Positions 27,651-35,830 of a stretch of 64,000 nucleotides of DNA are shown in pieces (position 1 is the stretch's first letter; the number at the start of each line of letters is the position of its first letter). Position numbers and translations under genes: made by a program. The stretch is from a virus (taxonomy: Duplodnaviria; Heunggongvirae; Uroviricota; Caudoviricetes). Under the pieces are notes generated by a model that searched no databases, was not told where the DNA came from, and saw nothing but the letters and a program-made list of their open reading frames with translations. Location: the IMG/VR virus record IMGVR_UViG_3300045051_000909, positions 1 to 64,000 of that record. One strand, written 5' to 3'.

Positions 27651-27687
27651 CTTATACCCAAAAGAAAGCCCCCACCGAGTGGGAGCT
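27651..27687 (-). promoter_or_regulatory. terminator-promoter cassette
   Basis: GCTTATACCCAAAAGAAAG + hairpin; RBS AAGGAGG follows on minus strand. Confidence 0.5.
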
Positions 27688-27694
27688 TTCGATG

Positions 27695-28180
27695 TTATTG
27701 GGGAACCAATTCGCGCAACCGAGACGCCGCATCCAATGCCCCGAGACGATTGACGAAGCAGACCGCCGCCGCCGACGGATCCTTAACACGCTTGGCCTGC
27801 TTAGCGTATCCCTCGTACTGGTGTGCCATTACGGTCAGGCGATCCGCTGCCAGGTGAACTACCTCTCCGAACACCTTAGGTATGATCTGCAACTCCGGTG
27901 GTTCGAACACCACCGGCCGCAGATGCATATTCGCCAGCCTAGCTGCGATTCTGGTCTCAAGCCGCTCTGCACGCGCGCGGCATCCTGCGGACAGCAAGTT
28001 CAACTGATCCAGCACGTCACGATTCGACAACTGCGTCAGCCACGCTGAATCGATGATGATCTCCACGGTCTTTTCACGTTGCCAGCATACTGCCAACTGT
28101 GCAGTGAACTTCTGTCCGGCGGGATCGTTCTTGCCCGTCCCACCTCCCTCTAGCAATCTCAAGTTGAGATCTGTGGTCAT
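27695..28180 (-). CDS. hypothetical protein (161 aa)
   Basis: minus-strand ORF between two cassettes. Confidence 0.5.
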   Translation of the reverse strand: MTTDLNLRLLEGGGTGKNDPAGQKFTAQLAVCWQREKTVEIIIDSAWLTQLSNRDVLDQLNLLSAGCRARAERLETRIAARLANMHLRPVVFEPPELQIIPKVFGEVVHLAADRLTVMAHQYEGYAKQAKRVKDPSAAAVCFVNRLGALDAASRLRELVPQ

Positions 28181-28250
28181 GCGCCCCGCTCTTCCTTGTT
28201 TTCAGTTACGTGGTTGGTACTGAAAAACCCGGGTTGGTTCGTGTCCGTTT

Positions 28251-28300
28251 GCTTATACCCAAAAGAAAGCGCCGTGGAGGGGACGATGCCCCCACGGCGC
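28251..28300 (-). promoter_or_regulatory. terminator-promoter cassette
   Basis: GCTTATACCCAAAAGAAAGC + GCGCCGTGG..CCACGGCGC hairpin. Confidence 0.5.
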
Positions 28301-28314
28301 CTTCGCGGTTCGTT

Positions 28315-28437
28315 TTACGTCGAACCGCGCCTGAACGTGTAGCCTTCGTCGACGATGTACTTCTTGTACAGCATCCGACCGGCATCGTAGATGCCCATGC
28401 CGACGGCAACCGCAAACGCGGTTTTCCAGAAGCCCAT
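28315..28437 (-). CDS. small membrane protein (40 aa)
   Basis: MGFWKTAFAVAVGMGIY single TM; own cassette up- and downstream; coordinates +/-1. Confidence 0.35.
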   Translation of the reverse strand: MGFWKTAFAVAVGMGIYDAGRMLYKKYIVDEGYTFRRGST

Positions 28438-28478
28438 CGAAGGCCTCCTTGTGAGGGTTGAAGGTTTGGGGTTTGCCA

Positions 28479-28640
28479 CTAGCTGGGCAGCGGCGCTTCC
28501 GGCTCGACGTGGACCGCCACGCGGCGCGGCTTCGAGGCCATCTTGTCCAGCGCCTCAGCACCGGCCATCACGCCCACGATCCCCAGGCCGCCCAGGAAGG
28601 TGCCGACGGTGACGCAGATGATCGTCTTGAACATACCCAT
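28479..28640 (-). CDS. small membrane protein (53 aa)
   Basis: MGMFKTIICVTVGTFLGGLGIVGVMAG single TM; own promoter cassette; coordinates +/-1. Confidence 0.35.
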   Translation of the reverse strand: MGMFKTIICVTVGTFLGGLGIVGVMAGAEALDKMASKPRRVAVHVEPEAPLPS

Positions 28641-28697
28641 GTGTTTTCCTCCAACCCCGGCGGATACGGGGCAAGTTGGTTTTCCGCTTTACTAAAC

Positions 28698-28740
28698 GCT
28701 TATACCCAAAAAAACGGGGGATCCTTGGAAGGACCCCCCG
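28698..28740 (-). promoter_or_regulatory. terminator-promoter cassette
   Basis: GCTTATACCCAAAAAAAC + GGGGGATCC..GGACCCCC hairpin; TTTAGTAAA leader. Confidence 0.5.
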
Positions 28741-28809
28741 CTGGTCAGCGGAACAGCAACTCGTGCACCAGCTCCAACAATTTCAACTGGGCGCGCTGTA
28801 CGAGGCGCT

Positions 28810-29157
28810 TCATGCGCTTGCTCCTCCCGGCGGTGGCAATTGCGTGAGCTGCGGATGGCGCGGCATGGCGTTGCTGTGGAACTTGTTGCGCACCTCCGGG
28901 CCGCAGGTCGCGCACTGCCCGTCGCAGCCGAGCAGCCGGATCTGGAGGGACTTCGCCTCCGTCATGACCCGGTTCTTCGCTGCCACGCTGTTGGTCATGC
29001 TCGTCGCCTCGTCGATGACCGCATCGATGAGCGAGGCCATCTCGAGACTCGTGGCCTTCTTGTCGTTCACCAGCATGTCCGCGATGACCGTGAGCATGAG
29101 GATCTCTTCGGCCAGGAACAGCTGCTTCAGCATCTTCATCGCGTCGTTGTCGGTCAT
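28810..29157 (-). CDS. hypothetical protein (115 aa)
   Basis: AAAGGA RBS; chosen over overlapping alternative frames. Confidence 0.45.
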   Translation of the reverse strand: MTDNDAMKMLKQLFLAEEILMLTVIADMLVNDKKATSLEMASLIDAVIDEATSMTNSVAAKNRVMTEAKSLQIRLLGCDGQCATCGPEVRNKFHSNAMPRHPQLTQLPPPGGASA

Positions 29158-29166
29158 GTCGTCCTT

Positions 29167-29559
29167 TCACATCAGGTTGGGGGTAGCATGCGCTTCGGCT
29201 TCCGCATTGACCCACAGAGCCACCATCTTCCGATGCGTCTCCTCGGGGTCCGCGTCATCCAGCTTTGCGATTGCAACCGCGACATCGCGGTTGTGGCAGA
29301 ACGCCCGGAGGTACGCCTCGAGCATCTCTGCGCGAGCCTTGCTGAAGCGCTGCGTCGGGATGACCCAGGGCAGACCGAGCTGGCGCAGGTACGCCGGCCG
29401 CAGGCCCGCCAGGGTCATCCAGCCCAACATCTCGGCATAGCGCAGCAGCGCGCCGAGGTACCGCTTGTTGAGCAGCGCGAGGGCGATCCCCGCCATCCGC
29501 GTGTAGAGGGCATCCCCGAGCTGCGTGGCCAGAACGACGCGCTTGTTGTTGTGGTTCAT
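29167..29559 (-). CDS. hypothetical protein (130 aa)
   Basis: first gene after cassette at ~29600. Confidence 0.5.
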   Translation of the reverse strand: MNHNNKRVVLATQLGDALYTRMAGIALALLNKRYLGALLRYAEMLGWMTLAGLRPAYLRQLGLPWVIPTQRFSKARAEMLEAYLRAFCHNRDVAVAIAKLDDADPEETHRKMVALWVNAEAEAHATPNLM

Positions 29560-29593
29560 TTTTGGAGCTCCGAGGTTTTCGGGTTTACTAGAA

Positions 29594-29633
29594 GCTCATA
29601 CCCAAAAAGAAGCGCCGGCTTCGAATAGCCGGC
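29594..29633 (-). promoter_or_regulatory. terminator-promoter cassette (variant GGGTATGAGC)
   Basis: GGGTTTACTAGAAGCTCATACCCAAAAAGAAGC + GCCGGCT..AGCCGGC hairpin. Confidence 0.5.
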
Positions 29634-29640
29634 ACTCCTT

Positions 29641-29822
29641 CTAGCGGGTAACGAGGCGGAGCGCGTTACCCCGAGTGAAGGTACGGGGCGTCGGTGGTGG
29701 CGGGGGTCGCTTTGGGCGGTCATTGCGGACGTAGCCCTTGCGATTAGCCTCACGCGCCTTAGCCTTACGGTGGCCACGCCATTCGTAGACGCGCCACTCG
29801 TAATCGGGCAGGTAGATCACGC
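29641..29822 (-). CDS. small basic protein (start at GTG ~29822)
   Basis: GGAGG RBS 7 nt upstream of GTG; Arg/Lys/Pro-rich. Confidence 0.35.
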
Positions 29823-30068
29823 GCGAACCTCCGAGGACAGCATCGGAACCCAGGTGCACGCCTGCATCATCCAATCATCCGCCGCGCGCTGCCACGCCAG
29901 GCCCATGTTCAGCGAGTAGTTGGCGTCCAGCAATCGCCCCCACTTCTCGTAAGCCGCCGCAGCCTCGAGCGAGCGGTCAGAGTAGGAGGCGCAACGGAAC
30001 GCGGCTTCAATCGCGTCCGCGAAGCTTTCCAGGGCGTACTGCTCGGACAAGTAGTAGTCGATACTCAT
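29817..30068 (-). CDS. hypothetical protein (83 aa)
   Basis: first gene after cassette at ~30110. Confidence 0.45.
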   Translation of the reverse strand: MSIDYYLSEQYALESFADAIEAAFRCASYSDRSLEAAAAYEKWGRLLDANYSLNMGLAWQRAADDWMMQACTWVPMLSSEVRA

Positions 30069-30106
30069 GGAGGTCGGCCTCCCGCAAAGGTTTGGGTTTA
30101 CTAGAA

Positions 30107-30150
30107 GCTAATACCAAAAAAAGCAGCGCCCCCAGGATTGGGAGCGCTGC
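30107..30150 (-). promoter_or_regulatory. terminator-promoter cassette (variant TGGTATTAGC)
   Basis: GGGTTTACTAGAAGCTAATACCAAAAAAAGC + GCAGCGC..GCGCTGC hairpin. Confidence 0.5.
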
Positions 30151-30181
30151 CACATTCGCGGTGAGGATTGGCCGCAAATGT

Positions 30182-30685
30182 TCATGCCTTCGCGTGTGCC
30201 TCGGTGTGGCAGTGGTCGCAGTTCCCGTCGCAGTCCTTGTCCTCGTCCTCGCCGCCCGGCTGCATCTTCTTGAGCAGCTCCACGAACGGGTTCTTCTCCC
30301 GGGGCAGCGTCAGGTACAGCTTCTCGAGCGCGTTGCAGGCGTCGACCGGATCCGGCAAGTTCGCGAACGTCTCGGCCTGCTTGCCGATCTCCTTGGCTTC
30401 CTCGCCCGTCTTGAGGCCCTTGACCACCGCCGCCGTGAGAGCCTCGGTGATGTTCAGGTGCATCAGCGAGGACAGCGTCTTGCCCAGCGCGGGCTCGAGC
30501 GCGGCCATCGCCTCTTCGTACTTGTACTCCTTGGCCAGCGGGATCGCGATCTCGATGGCGCTGTCGTAGAGCTTCTGCGCGTTGTCGGGTTCGATGATCT
30601 TGCGCTCGATGCCTTCGCTGAGCATCTGCTGGAGGAACTCCACGCTGAGCTGCGTCTGGATTCCAGCGAGTCGGGTGATGCGCAT
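30182..30685 (-). CDS. hypothetical protein with C-terminal CDGNCDHCHTEAH metal-binding tail (start at MRITRL)
   Basis: TAATG coupling with upstream gene. Confidence 0.5.
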   Translation of the reverse strand: MRITRLAGIQTQLSVEFLQQMLSEGIERKIIEPDNAQKLYDSAIEIAIPLAKEYKYEEAMAALEPALGKTLSSLMHLNITEALTAAVVKGLKTGEEAKEIGKQAETFANLPDPVDACNALEKLYLTLPREKNPFVELLKKMQPGGEDEDKDCDGNCDHCHTEAHAKA

Positions 30686-31107
30686 TACGACCTCCTCTTC
30701 TTCTTGGTGGTAGCAGCGGGTTTGGTATTGCTCTTGGTGGTGGTGAACAACTGAACGTCGCCCTTCTCGAAGGGCTGGAAGTTGCCCGTGCGGCACTGAA
30801 TCACCTTCTTCCAGCCATTCATCTTCATGTTGGCGATGAGACTTTCCGCAGTAGGCATTTTCTTCTCGACGTCCTTGAGCGTCATCACCTGGCCGTCGAT
30901 GAAGTACATCTTGTCGCTGTACATGGGCTGCCCATGCAGGGTCTCGCGTGCGATCTTCCGCTCGTTGCGCTTCCAGAATCGGAACGCGAAGGCCTCGCGA
31001 GGCGCTTTCTTCAACGCCACCTCGGGGTCGGGCTTGGCGATGGCCTTGTCCTCTCGTTCAGAGAAGAAGGCCCCGGGGATCAGGTACTCCACGTAGTGCT
31101 TGATCAT
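30685..31107 (-). CDS. hypothetical protein (140 aa)
   Basis: minus-strand ORF coupled both sides. Confidence 0.5.
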   Translation of the reverse strand: MIKHYVEYLIPGAFFSEREDKAIAKPDPEVALKKAPREAFAFRFWKRNERKIARETLHGQPMYSDKMYFIDGQVMTLKDVEKKMPTAESLIANMKMNGWKKVIQCRTGNFQPFEKGDVQLFTTTKSNTKPAATTKKKRRS

Positions 31108-31110
31108 CTA

Positions 31111-31857
31111 TTAGATCTCGTAGTTGGGTACTCCCAGGCACCGTTCGATGATCCGGAAGTACTCGATGAACTTCTCCTTCGACCAGGCGTGCACGCCCAG
31201 GCCGCCCGTCGTGTCGTAGAACGTCACGTCGTCCTTCTTTGTCACTGCGTCGAGCTCCGGGCACTCGAACGGCGGTGAGCACGACACCTCGATGACATCG
31301 ACCCGTTTGCGTGGGCCCACGACCACCTTGGCCCCGTGCAGTGTGAACTTGTACCACGGCTCGAGCTCAGAGCCGCTGTAGCGATTCTTGATGGGCGTGT
31401 ACTCCTCGATCCCCAGCTCAGCCAGCAGCTCGGACCAGTACTTCTTGTGCCGCGTGAGGATCGGATCCTCAGGCGCTTGTACGTGCTTCGTGTTCTCTGC
31501 GTTGTACGGGCCCTCCCACTCATCGTCCGCGCGCTTGATGTACCCCACCACACCCAGGGGCAGGGCGGGCGGCGTCGGCGTGATCGGACGCGACATGTCC
31601 TTGTTCGCGTGCTTGTCCCAGGTCAGGCGCCACTGAGCCATCATCGGGCCGTTGACCCAGCGCTCGACGGCCAGCGTAGCGTCCTTCATGTGGAAGAGCG
31701 CCAGCGGGCCGCAGCCGTATCCGGTGAGGATCCAGACGGGCTGGCCGCAGCGACCACACACGAACGACTCGTGGCTGAACGACGCGCTCAGCGTCCCGCC
31801 ACCGAATCTCCACTTCTTTGCACCACAGATGCACGGCATCACATCTTCGGGCAGCAT
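31111..31857 (-). CDS. Cys-rich hypothetical protein (start at MLPEDV)
   Basis: GGAGG RBS 4 nt before ATG; GGGTATAAGCGGG promoter upstream. Confidence 0.5.
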   Translation of the reverse strand: MLPEDVMPCICGAKKWRFGGGTLSASFSHESFVCGRCGQPVWILTGYGCGPLALFHMKDATLAVERWVNGPMMAQWRLTWDKHANKDMSRPITPTPPALPLGVVGYIKRADDEWEGPYNAENTKHVQAPEDPILTRHKKYWSELLAELGIEEYTPIKNRYSGSELEPWYKFTLHGAKVVVGPRKRVDVIEVSCSPPFECPELDAVTKKDDVTFYDTTGGLGVHAWSKEKFIEYFRIIERCLGVPNYEI

Positions 31858-31890
31858 GCCACCTCCACAAAGGTTTGGGTTCACTGCCCG

Positions 31891-31935
31891 CTTATACCCG
31901 AAAAAAGGCTGTGCTCCCGGAGTGGGAGCAAAGCC
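31891..31935 (-). promoter_or_regulatory. terminator-promoter cassette
   Basis: GCTTATACCCGAAAAAAGGC + GCTCCC..GGGAGC hairpin. Confidence 0.5.
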
Positions 31936-31936
31936 A

Positions 31937-32161
31937 TCACTGGATACGGTGATCCAGTAGCAGAGCGATCTGCTTCTGCGAGCCCTGCTTGAACATCACG
32001 CTGCCCGTGTCGATCAGCTCCTGGAGCTCTTTGGTGCTCAGCTCTGGGCCCATGATCATCGTCGTCTGCCCAGCATTGAACTCGAATTGCCAGGTGACTC
32101 GCTGCGCCCGCAGATGTTTCAGTGACGCGTAGTACCGCACCTTCAGGGTGTGCAGGATCAT
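31937..32161 (-). CDS. small hypothetical protein (74 aa)
   Basis: ORF ends at cassette. Confidence 0.4.
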   Translation of the reverse strand: MILHTLKVRYYASLKHLRAQRVTWQFEFNAGQTTMIMGPELSTKELQELIDTGSVMFKQGSQKQIALLLDHRIQ

Positions 32162-32418
32162 CGCAGCCTCCGCAGCATCATTTTGAATAGCCGCTCAGCG
32201 CGTCGACACACGTCAGCACATGCGCGTTCAGGCGTCTTGTAGACGCGGGTCTCTTCGATCACCGTATCCGAGCTGATCGCGATGTACCCGGACCACAATC
32301 CCTTGGCGGGTGTTACCACCAGGAATATTTCCGACTTCTCATCAAAGTCGTAGGTGTAGAAGTCATCCAGCAGTGTCCAGTTCTTCAGCAACCGCGCGCT
32401 ACCTTTGTTAGCAGGCAC
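32158..32418 (-). CDS. hypothetical protein (86 aa)
   Basis: ATGA-coupled. Confidence 0.45.
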   Translation of the reverse strand: MPANKGSARLLKNWTLLDDFYTYDFDEKSEIFLVVTPAKGLWSGYIAISSDTVIEETRVYKTPERACADVCRRAERLFKMMLRRLR

Positions 32419-32421
32419 GTA

Positions 32422-32904
32422 TTACCGCCACCCCTTCCGACGCAGTTCCGCGTCCAGTATCTCCATCATCTGCTGGAGGTGCTCCGCTTGATTCCGGATC
32501 GTGTTCAGCAGCATCACGTCGCGCGGCTCGCTCTCTGAGCTCCCCTCCAACGCCTGCGCGGCGTACATCATCGTCTCCGCCAGGTGTGCGACGTACTGCA
32601 CCAGAGCTTCCCGCAACCGAACCTCAACTTCGGCATGGCGGCTATGCACGGGCACCCCCGGCCCGATCACCCGATGCCACGCGGCCACCATGGCAGTGCT
32701 CATGCCTGCGCCGAAGCACCAGCCGATGTTGCCCTGAGCCACAGCCTCAGCGGCTACGCCATCCATTCCCTGTAGCCGCATGAACTCGAGATATCCCAGA
32801 TAGAAAGCCCTGGCATCATTCTCGGTTGTTATCAACATCACGGCGTCTGTTAAAACACCGTTGCCCTTTTCATAGAGCGTCTTCGTGTAGAATTCGAGGC
32901 TCAC
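32422..32904 (-). CDS. hypothetical protein (160 aa), first gene of minus arm
   Basis: preceded by GGGTATAAGTC promoter-like element at ~32920. Confidence 0.5.
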   Translation of the reverse strand: MSLEFYTKTLYEKGNGVLTDAVMLITTENDARAFYLGYLEFMRLQGMDGVAAEAVAQGNIGWCFGAGMSTAMVAAWHRVIGPGVPVHSRHAEVEVRLREALVQYVAHLAETMMYAAQALEGSSESEPRDVMLLNTIRNQAEHLQQMMEILDAELRRKGWR

Positions 32905-33127
32905 TGTCGACGTCCTTTCTTTATTTCGTTGTGAGCTAATAGTTCCAGCTTCCTCTATAGACTTATACCCTACCCCGCCATACAGGCACGGATGGCTTTA
33001 ACGGCCGTTAGGGCGCTTTTGGCCCCCGGGCCCTGGCCTAGTGTTGGTTGGGGTAGCTCCGCGCGTCCTGGCCTCAATACGGCCTTTATAGCGGGGTTTC
33101 TAAATAGATCGGGGATACGATGAAACG

Positions 33128-33285
33128 TCGTTTCACCGACTCGCTGTTTCGCCGAGTCTTTCGATCAGTCAAAGCTTGTGTGTATGCTGTACGGTGTAAC
33201 GTGGTGTTTAGACTCGCCGTTTCGCCGACTCGCTGATTCCCCGAAACCTTAGAATACGCAACAGTGGTTGTTTCGCTGATTCGTA
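33128..33285. repeat. iteron-like direct repeats (core GTTTCGCCGACTCGCTG, 4-5 copies)
   Basis: GTTTCACCGACTCGCTGTTTCGCCGAGTC ... GACTCGCCGTTTCGCCGACTCGCTGATTC ... GTTTCGCTGATTCG. Confidence 0.55.
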
Positions 33286-33460
33286 TACTGTGACAGCCAC
33301 CGCCTCTAAGACAGCTACGTATACTGATCCTAAAGGCTACACGTACCCCTGTATCTCTATACATACGATAACGTTACATATATACGCATATGCCCCTTAT
33401 ATTCCCCGCGCCCCCGGGCACATCATTACGCGCGCGCGGCTACACGCTTCTAAAACTGCG

Positions 33461-33474
33461 TGTCAAATTTGACA
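33461..33474. promoter_or_regulatory. perfect 14-bp palindrome TGTCAAATTTGACA (operator candidate), with TGTCAAA half-site repeated 20 nt downstream
   Basis: exact inverted repeat in non-coding region. Confidence 0.5.
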
Positions 33475-33843
33475 CACCCATTTGGACAAAATGTCAAACA
33501 TACGTATGTACGAGACTGAGGGGTATGTGGAAAAGGTACTTTAGATTGCTCGCGCGCGCATAGATCCTAGGTTTCCCGGTAACGCATCTGTACACATGAG
33601 CATGTGCTGAGATCCCTAAGAACAATAACGCATTGGGTTGAGGGGGGCAGGTCGCCCTCATCAGATCAGACTCGTTTGAATAGCCGCTTAGTGACCCAAT
33701 AAAACCTGGGGTGGCTCATTCACTAACCACCGGTTCCGTGCGTAAATTCGACGGGGCTAAGAATACTGATCTCCGCAAATAACGTGTTCCATACTCTATT
33801 CACAACGGCGGCGGGGAGGCGGCGCAACCCCGTAGTCATTGCT

Positions 33844-33871
33844 TGACGTTACGGCGTAAACGGGGTATGTC
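33844..33871 (+). promoter_or_regulatory. sigma70-like promoter for rightward arm (-35 TTGACG, 16-nt spacer, -10 TATGTC), overlapped by GTTACGGCGTAAA inverted repeat
   Basis: positioned ~30 nt upstream of AGGAG RBS and ATG at 33899. Confidence 0.45.
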
Positions 33872-33898
33872 CTGGTCAACTTCTCGATAGGAGCAGAT

Positions 33899-35830
33899 AT
33901 GCTAAGTACCTGGCTAAAGGACCTGCATCGCCTCGCTACCGCCACCAACGCCCCCTTCCCCGTCTACGACACCACGCGCGCATGTATCAGCGAGCACGGA
34001 CTGGCGTACTACGTCCTCCCCAGGAAGCGGCGTCTCGAGGACTCCCTGTGGTTCGACGGAACGTTGTACGCCCAGCAGCGCCGGCTCGCCGCTGTCAACG
34101 CAGGGCTCGAGCCACCGCACTGGAACAGCGAGGATGTGCTGCTGCTCATCCATTGGCCGCATCTGCTATGGACGGCGAGGCCACACAGCCGCTCTCCGAT
34201 GAAGCCGATGGCTCATCGTCTCCTGCGGGCGCTGAAGCCGTTGATCCTGCAATACGACGCCGCCCTGGTGACGATGCTCGAGCGTTACGAAACTGACTGG
34301 GCCAAGAACGTCAAGGAGCACCAGGGAGATCTGGGCTACTTCGGGCAGCGAGACGAGGCGGACGGGGAGATCTTTACTGCGCATTTGCAAAGCCTCCTCG
34401 CCAACAAGAGCTTCAAGCAGCACCTCGCAGCCACCATGCGGCAGAGCACACGCATCGTCACTGCCGATCATGTGCAGCACACCTTGGGTCGCTGCCCCAG
34501 CGGAGCGACGCATCGTAAAGGCCAGGATTGCGGCGCCTGCAAGGACTTGCGCTGGGTGCGGGCCAACACCAGCGTCCTCTGGCCCGGCAAGCTCAACGAG
34601 GTCAAGAGCGGCATGGCCGAGCTCCAATTCGATAAGCCCGACCTCTGGCCGGAGGGGATTACTAATCCCTGGCTGCTGGAGCTGCGCCATTGGGTTTCTC
34701 TGTGCAGTGAGCAGGAAGGCGTGGCGCGCACTGAATACCCGGGATACGGCGAGGCGTTGCTCGTGGATTTCGGCAAGCTCATCGAAACGGCGAAGCGCTA
34801 CGACCGCGAAATGCCGTTGACGAAGTTCTTCGATGTCACCGCCCCCGCCGATTTCTGGACGCCTGGCTGCCGTGCCCGCGCCGCTTTCCACGAGGTTACC
34901 AAGGGCGAGTTCCTGGCGCGTCGCCCCAAGCCACTCAAGGATCTCGTGGAGTCGGTGGGGTGGCGCTGGGAAGAGTCCTTGGAGACGCCGTATGAATTGA
35001 TCTCCCTGTTCGCCATCGCGGGCAAGTTCGCTGGCGTCAAGAAGACCGCCAAGTCCCTTTCTTTGGCTTGGCGCAGCCGCAAGATCACGGAGCCCCGCAA
35101 GCTTCCCCCGAAGCTGGTGACGCTGACCTACGCCGACGCCGGAGGACGGCAGTTTTATATCCAGGCGGCGAGGCGGCGCTTCATCGACATCAAAGGCACA
35201 CTGGCTGAAGGCCAGCGTGCCTTTGCCTGCTTTACCACGCCGTTCCCCGTGGGCGGTGAGGAAACGAAGTACAAGTATCGCAAGCGCAAGGCCTTCAAGA
35301 TCAACGGTGTCCTGTTCTGGACGGTGCGCGGTCTCAACATGCTGGCCAGTGTGCGTTGGCAGCACAACATCAAGAATCCTGAGAATGGTGAGGTAATGCA
35401 CAAGGAAGGCGAGCCCAAATACCCCTGGGCCGAGGCTTTCCGAGACTGGGCGGATATCGAGGAGTCGAAGCTGACGTTGGAGCGCTTCCGTGAGTTGCGC
35501 TATGAGGCCAAGTACGGAGAGCGGCTTTTGCGGTATCAGAAGGGTCGAGCCAAACACATTGGCCCGTTCACTAATCAGGAGGACAACACGCTGCGAGAGT
35601 TCTTTCTTTTGCGTGCGCCAGGTTCGCACCGCATCGCCAAGGAGGAGTGGAATCAGATCCTGCCGCTGCTTCCTGGGCGTTCGCAGAAGTCGATCATTCG
35701 CCGGCTCGAGGAGCTAGGCAAACAATACGCACGGGAGCACGGCTGGGCCGCTTACTGCGACTCGGGGCTATGCGTGCGGCGTTCGCACCTGCGCAAACAA
35801 CGTTGGATCAAGGAAGGGATTGCGCTATGA
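33899..35830 (+). CDS. large early protein (643 aa) with C-terminal Myb/SANT-like DNA-binding domain
   Basis: AGGAG RBS; C-terminus FTNQEDNTLREFF...WNQILPLLPGRSQKSIIRRLEEL has Myb-repeat W/F spacing; mirror ORF 34166..35629(-) rejected. Confidence 0.65.
   Translation: MLSTWLKDLHRLATATNAPFPVYDTTRACISEHGLAYYVLPRKRRLEDSLWFDGTLYAQQRRLAAVNAGLEPPHWNSEDVLLLIHWPHLLWTARPHSRSPMKPMAHRLLRALKPLILQYDAALVTMLERYETDWAKNVKEHQGDLGYFGQRDEADGEIFTAHLQSLLANKSFKQHLAATMRQSTRIVTADHVQHTLGRCPSGATHRKGQDCGACKDLRWVRANTSVLWPGKLNEVKSGMAELQFDKPDLWPEGITNPWLLELRHWVSLCSEQEGVARTEYPGYGEALLVDFGKLIETAKRYDREMPLTKFFDVTAPADFWTPGCRARAAFHEVTKGEFLARRPKPLKDLVESVGWRWEESLETPYELISLFAIAGKFAGVKKTAKSLSLAWRSRKITEPRKLPPKLVTLTYADAGGRQFYIQAARRRFIDIKGTLAEGQRAFACFTTPFPVGGEETKYKYRKRKAFKINGVLFWTVRGLNMLASVRWQHNIKNPENGEVMHKEGEPKYPWAEAFRDWADIEESKLTLERFRELRYEAKYGERLLRYQKGRAKHIGPFTNQEDNTLREFFLLRAPGSHRIAKEEWNQILPLLPGRSQKSIIRRLEELGKQYAREHGWAAYCDSGLCVRRSHLRKQRWIKEGIAL

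Larger units (their letters stand above)
32905..33898. other. ~1-kb non-coding control region between divergent arms (candidate origin / early switch region)
   Basis: no ORF with plausible codon usage; locally AT-rich; contains direct repeats, palindromes and divergent promoters. Confidence 0.6.

Noticed and set aside
32960-33898. Possible tRNA or small RNA gene in the non-coding region
   Set aside because: No cloverleaf-compatible segment (acceptor stem / T-loop GTTCRANYC) found by eye. The region is better explained by repeats and promoters. It remains untested without tRNAscan.
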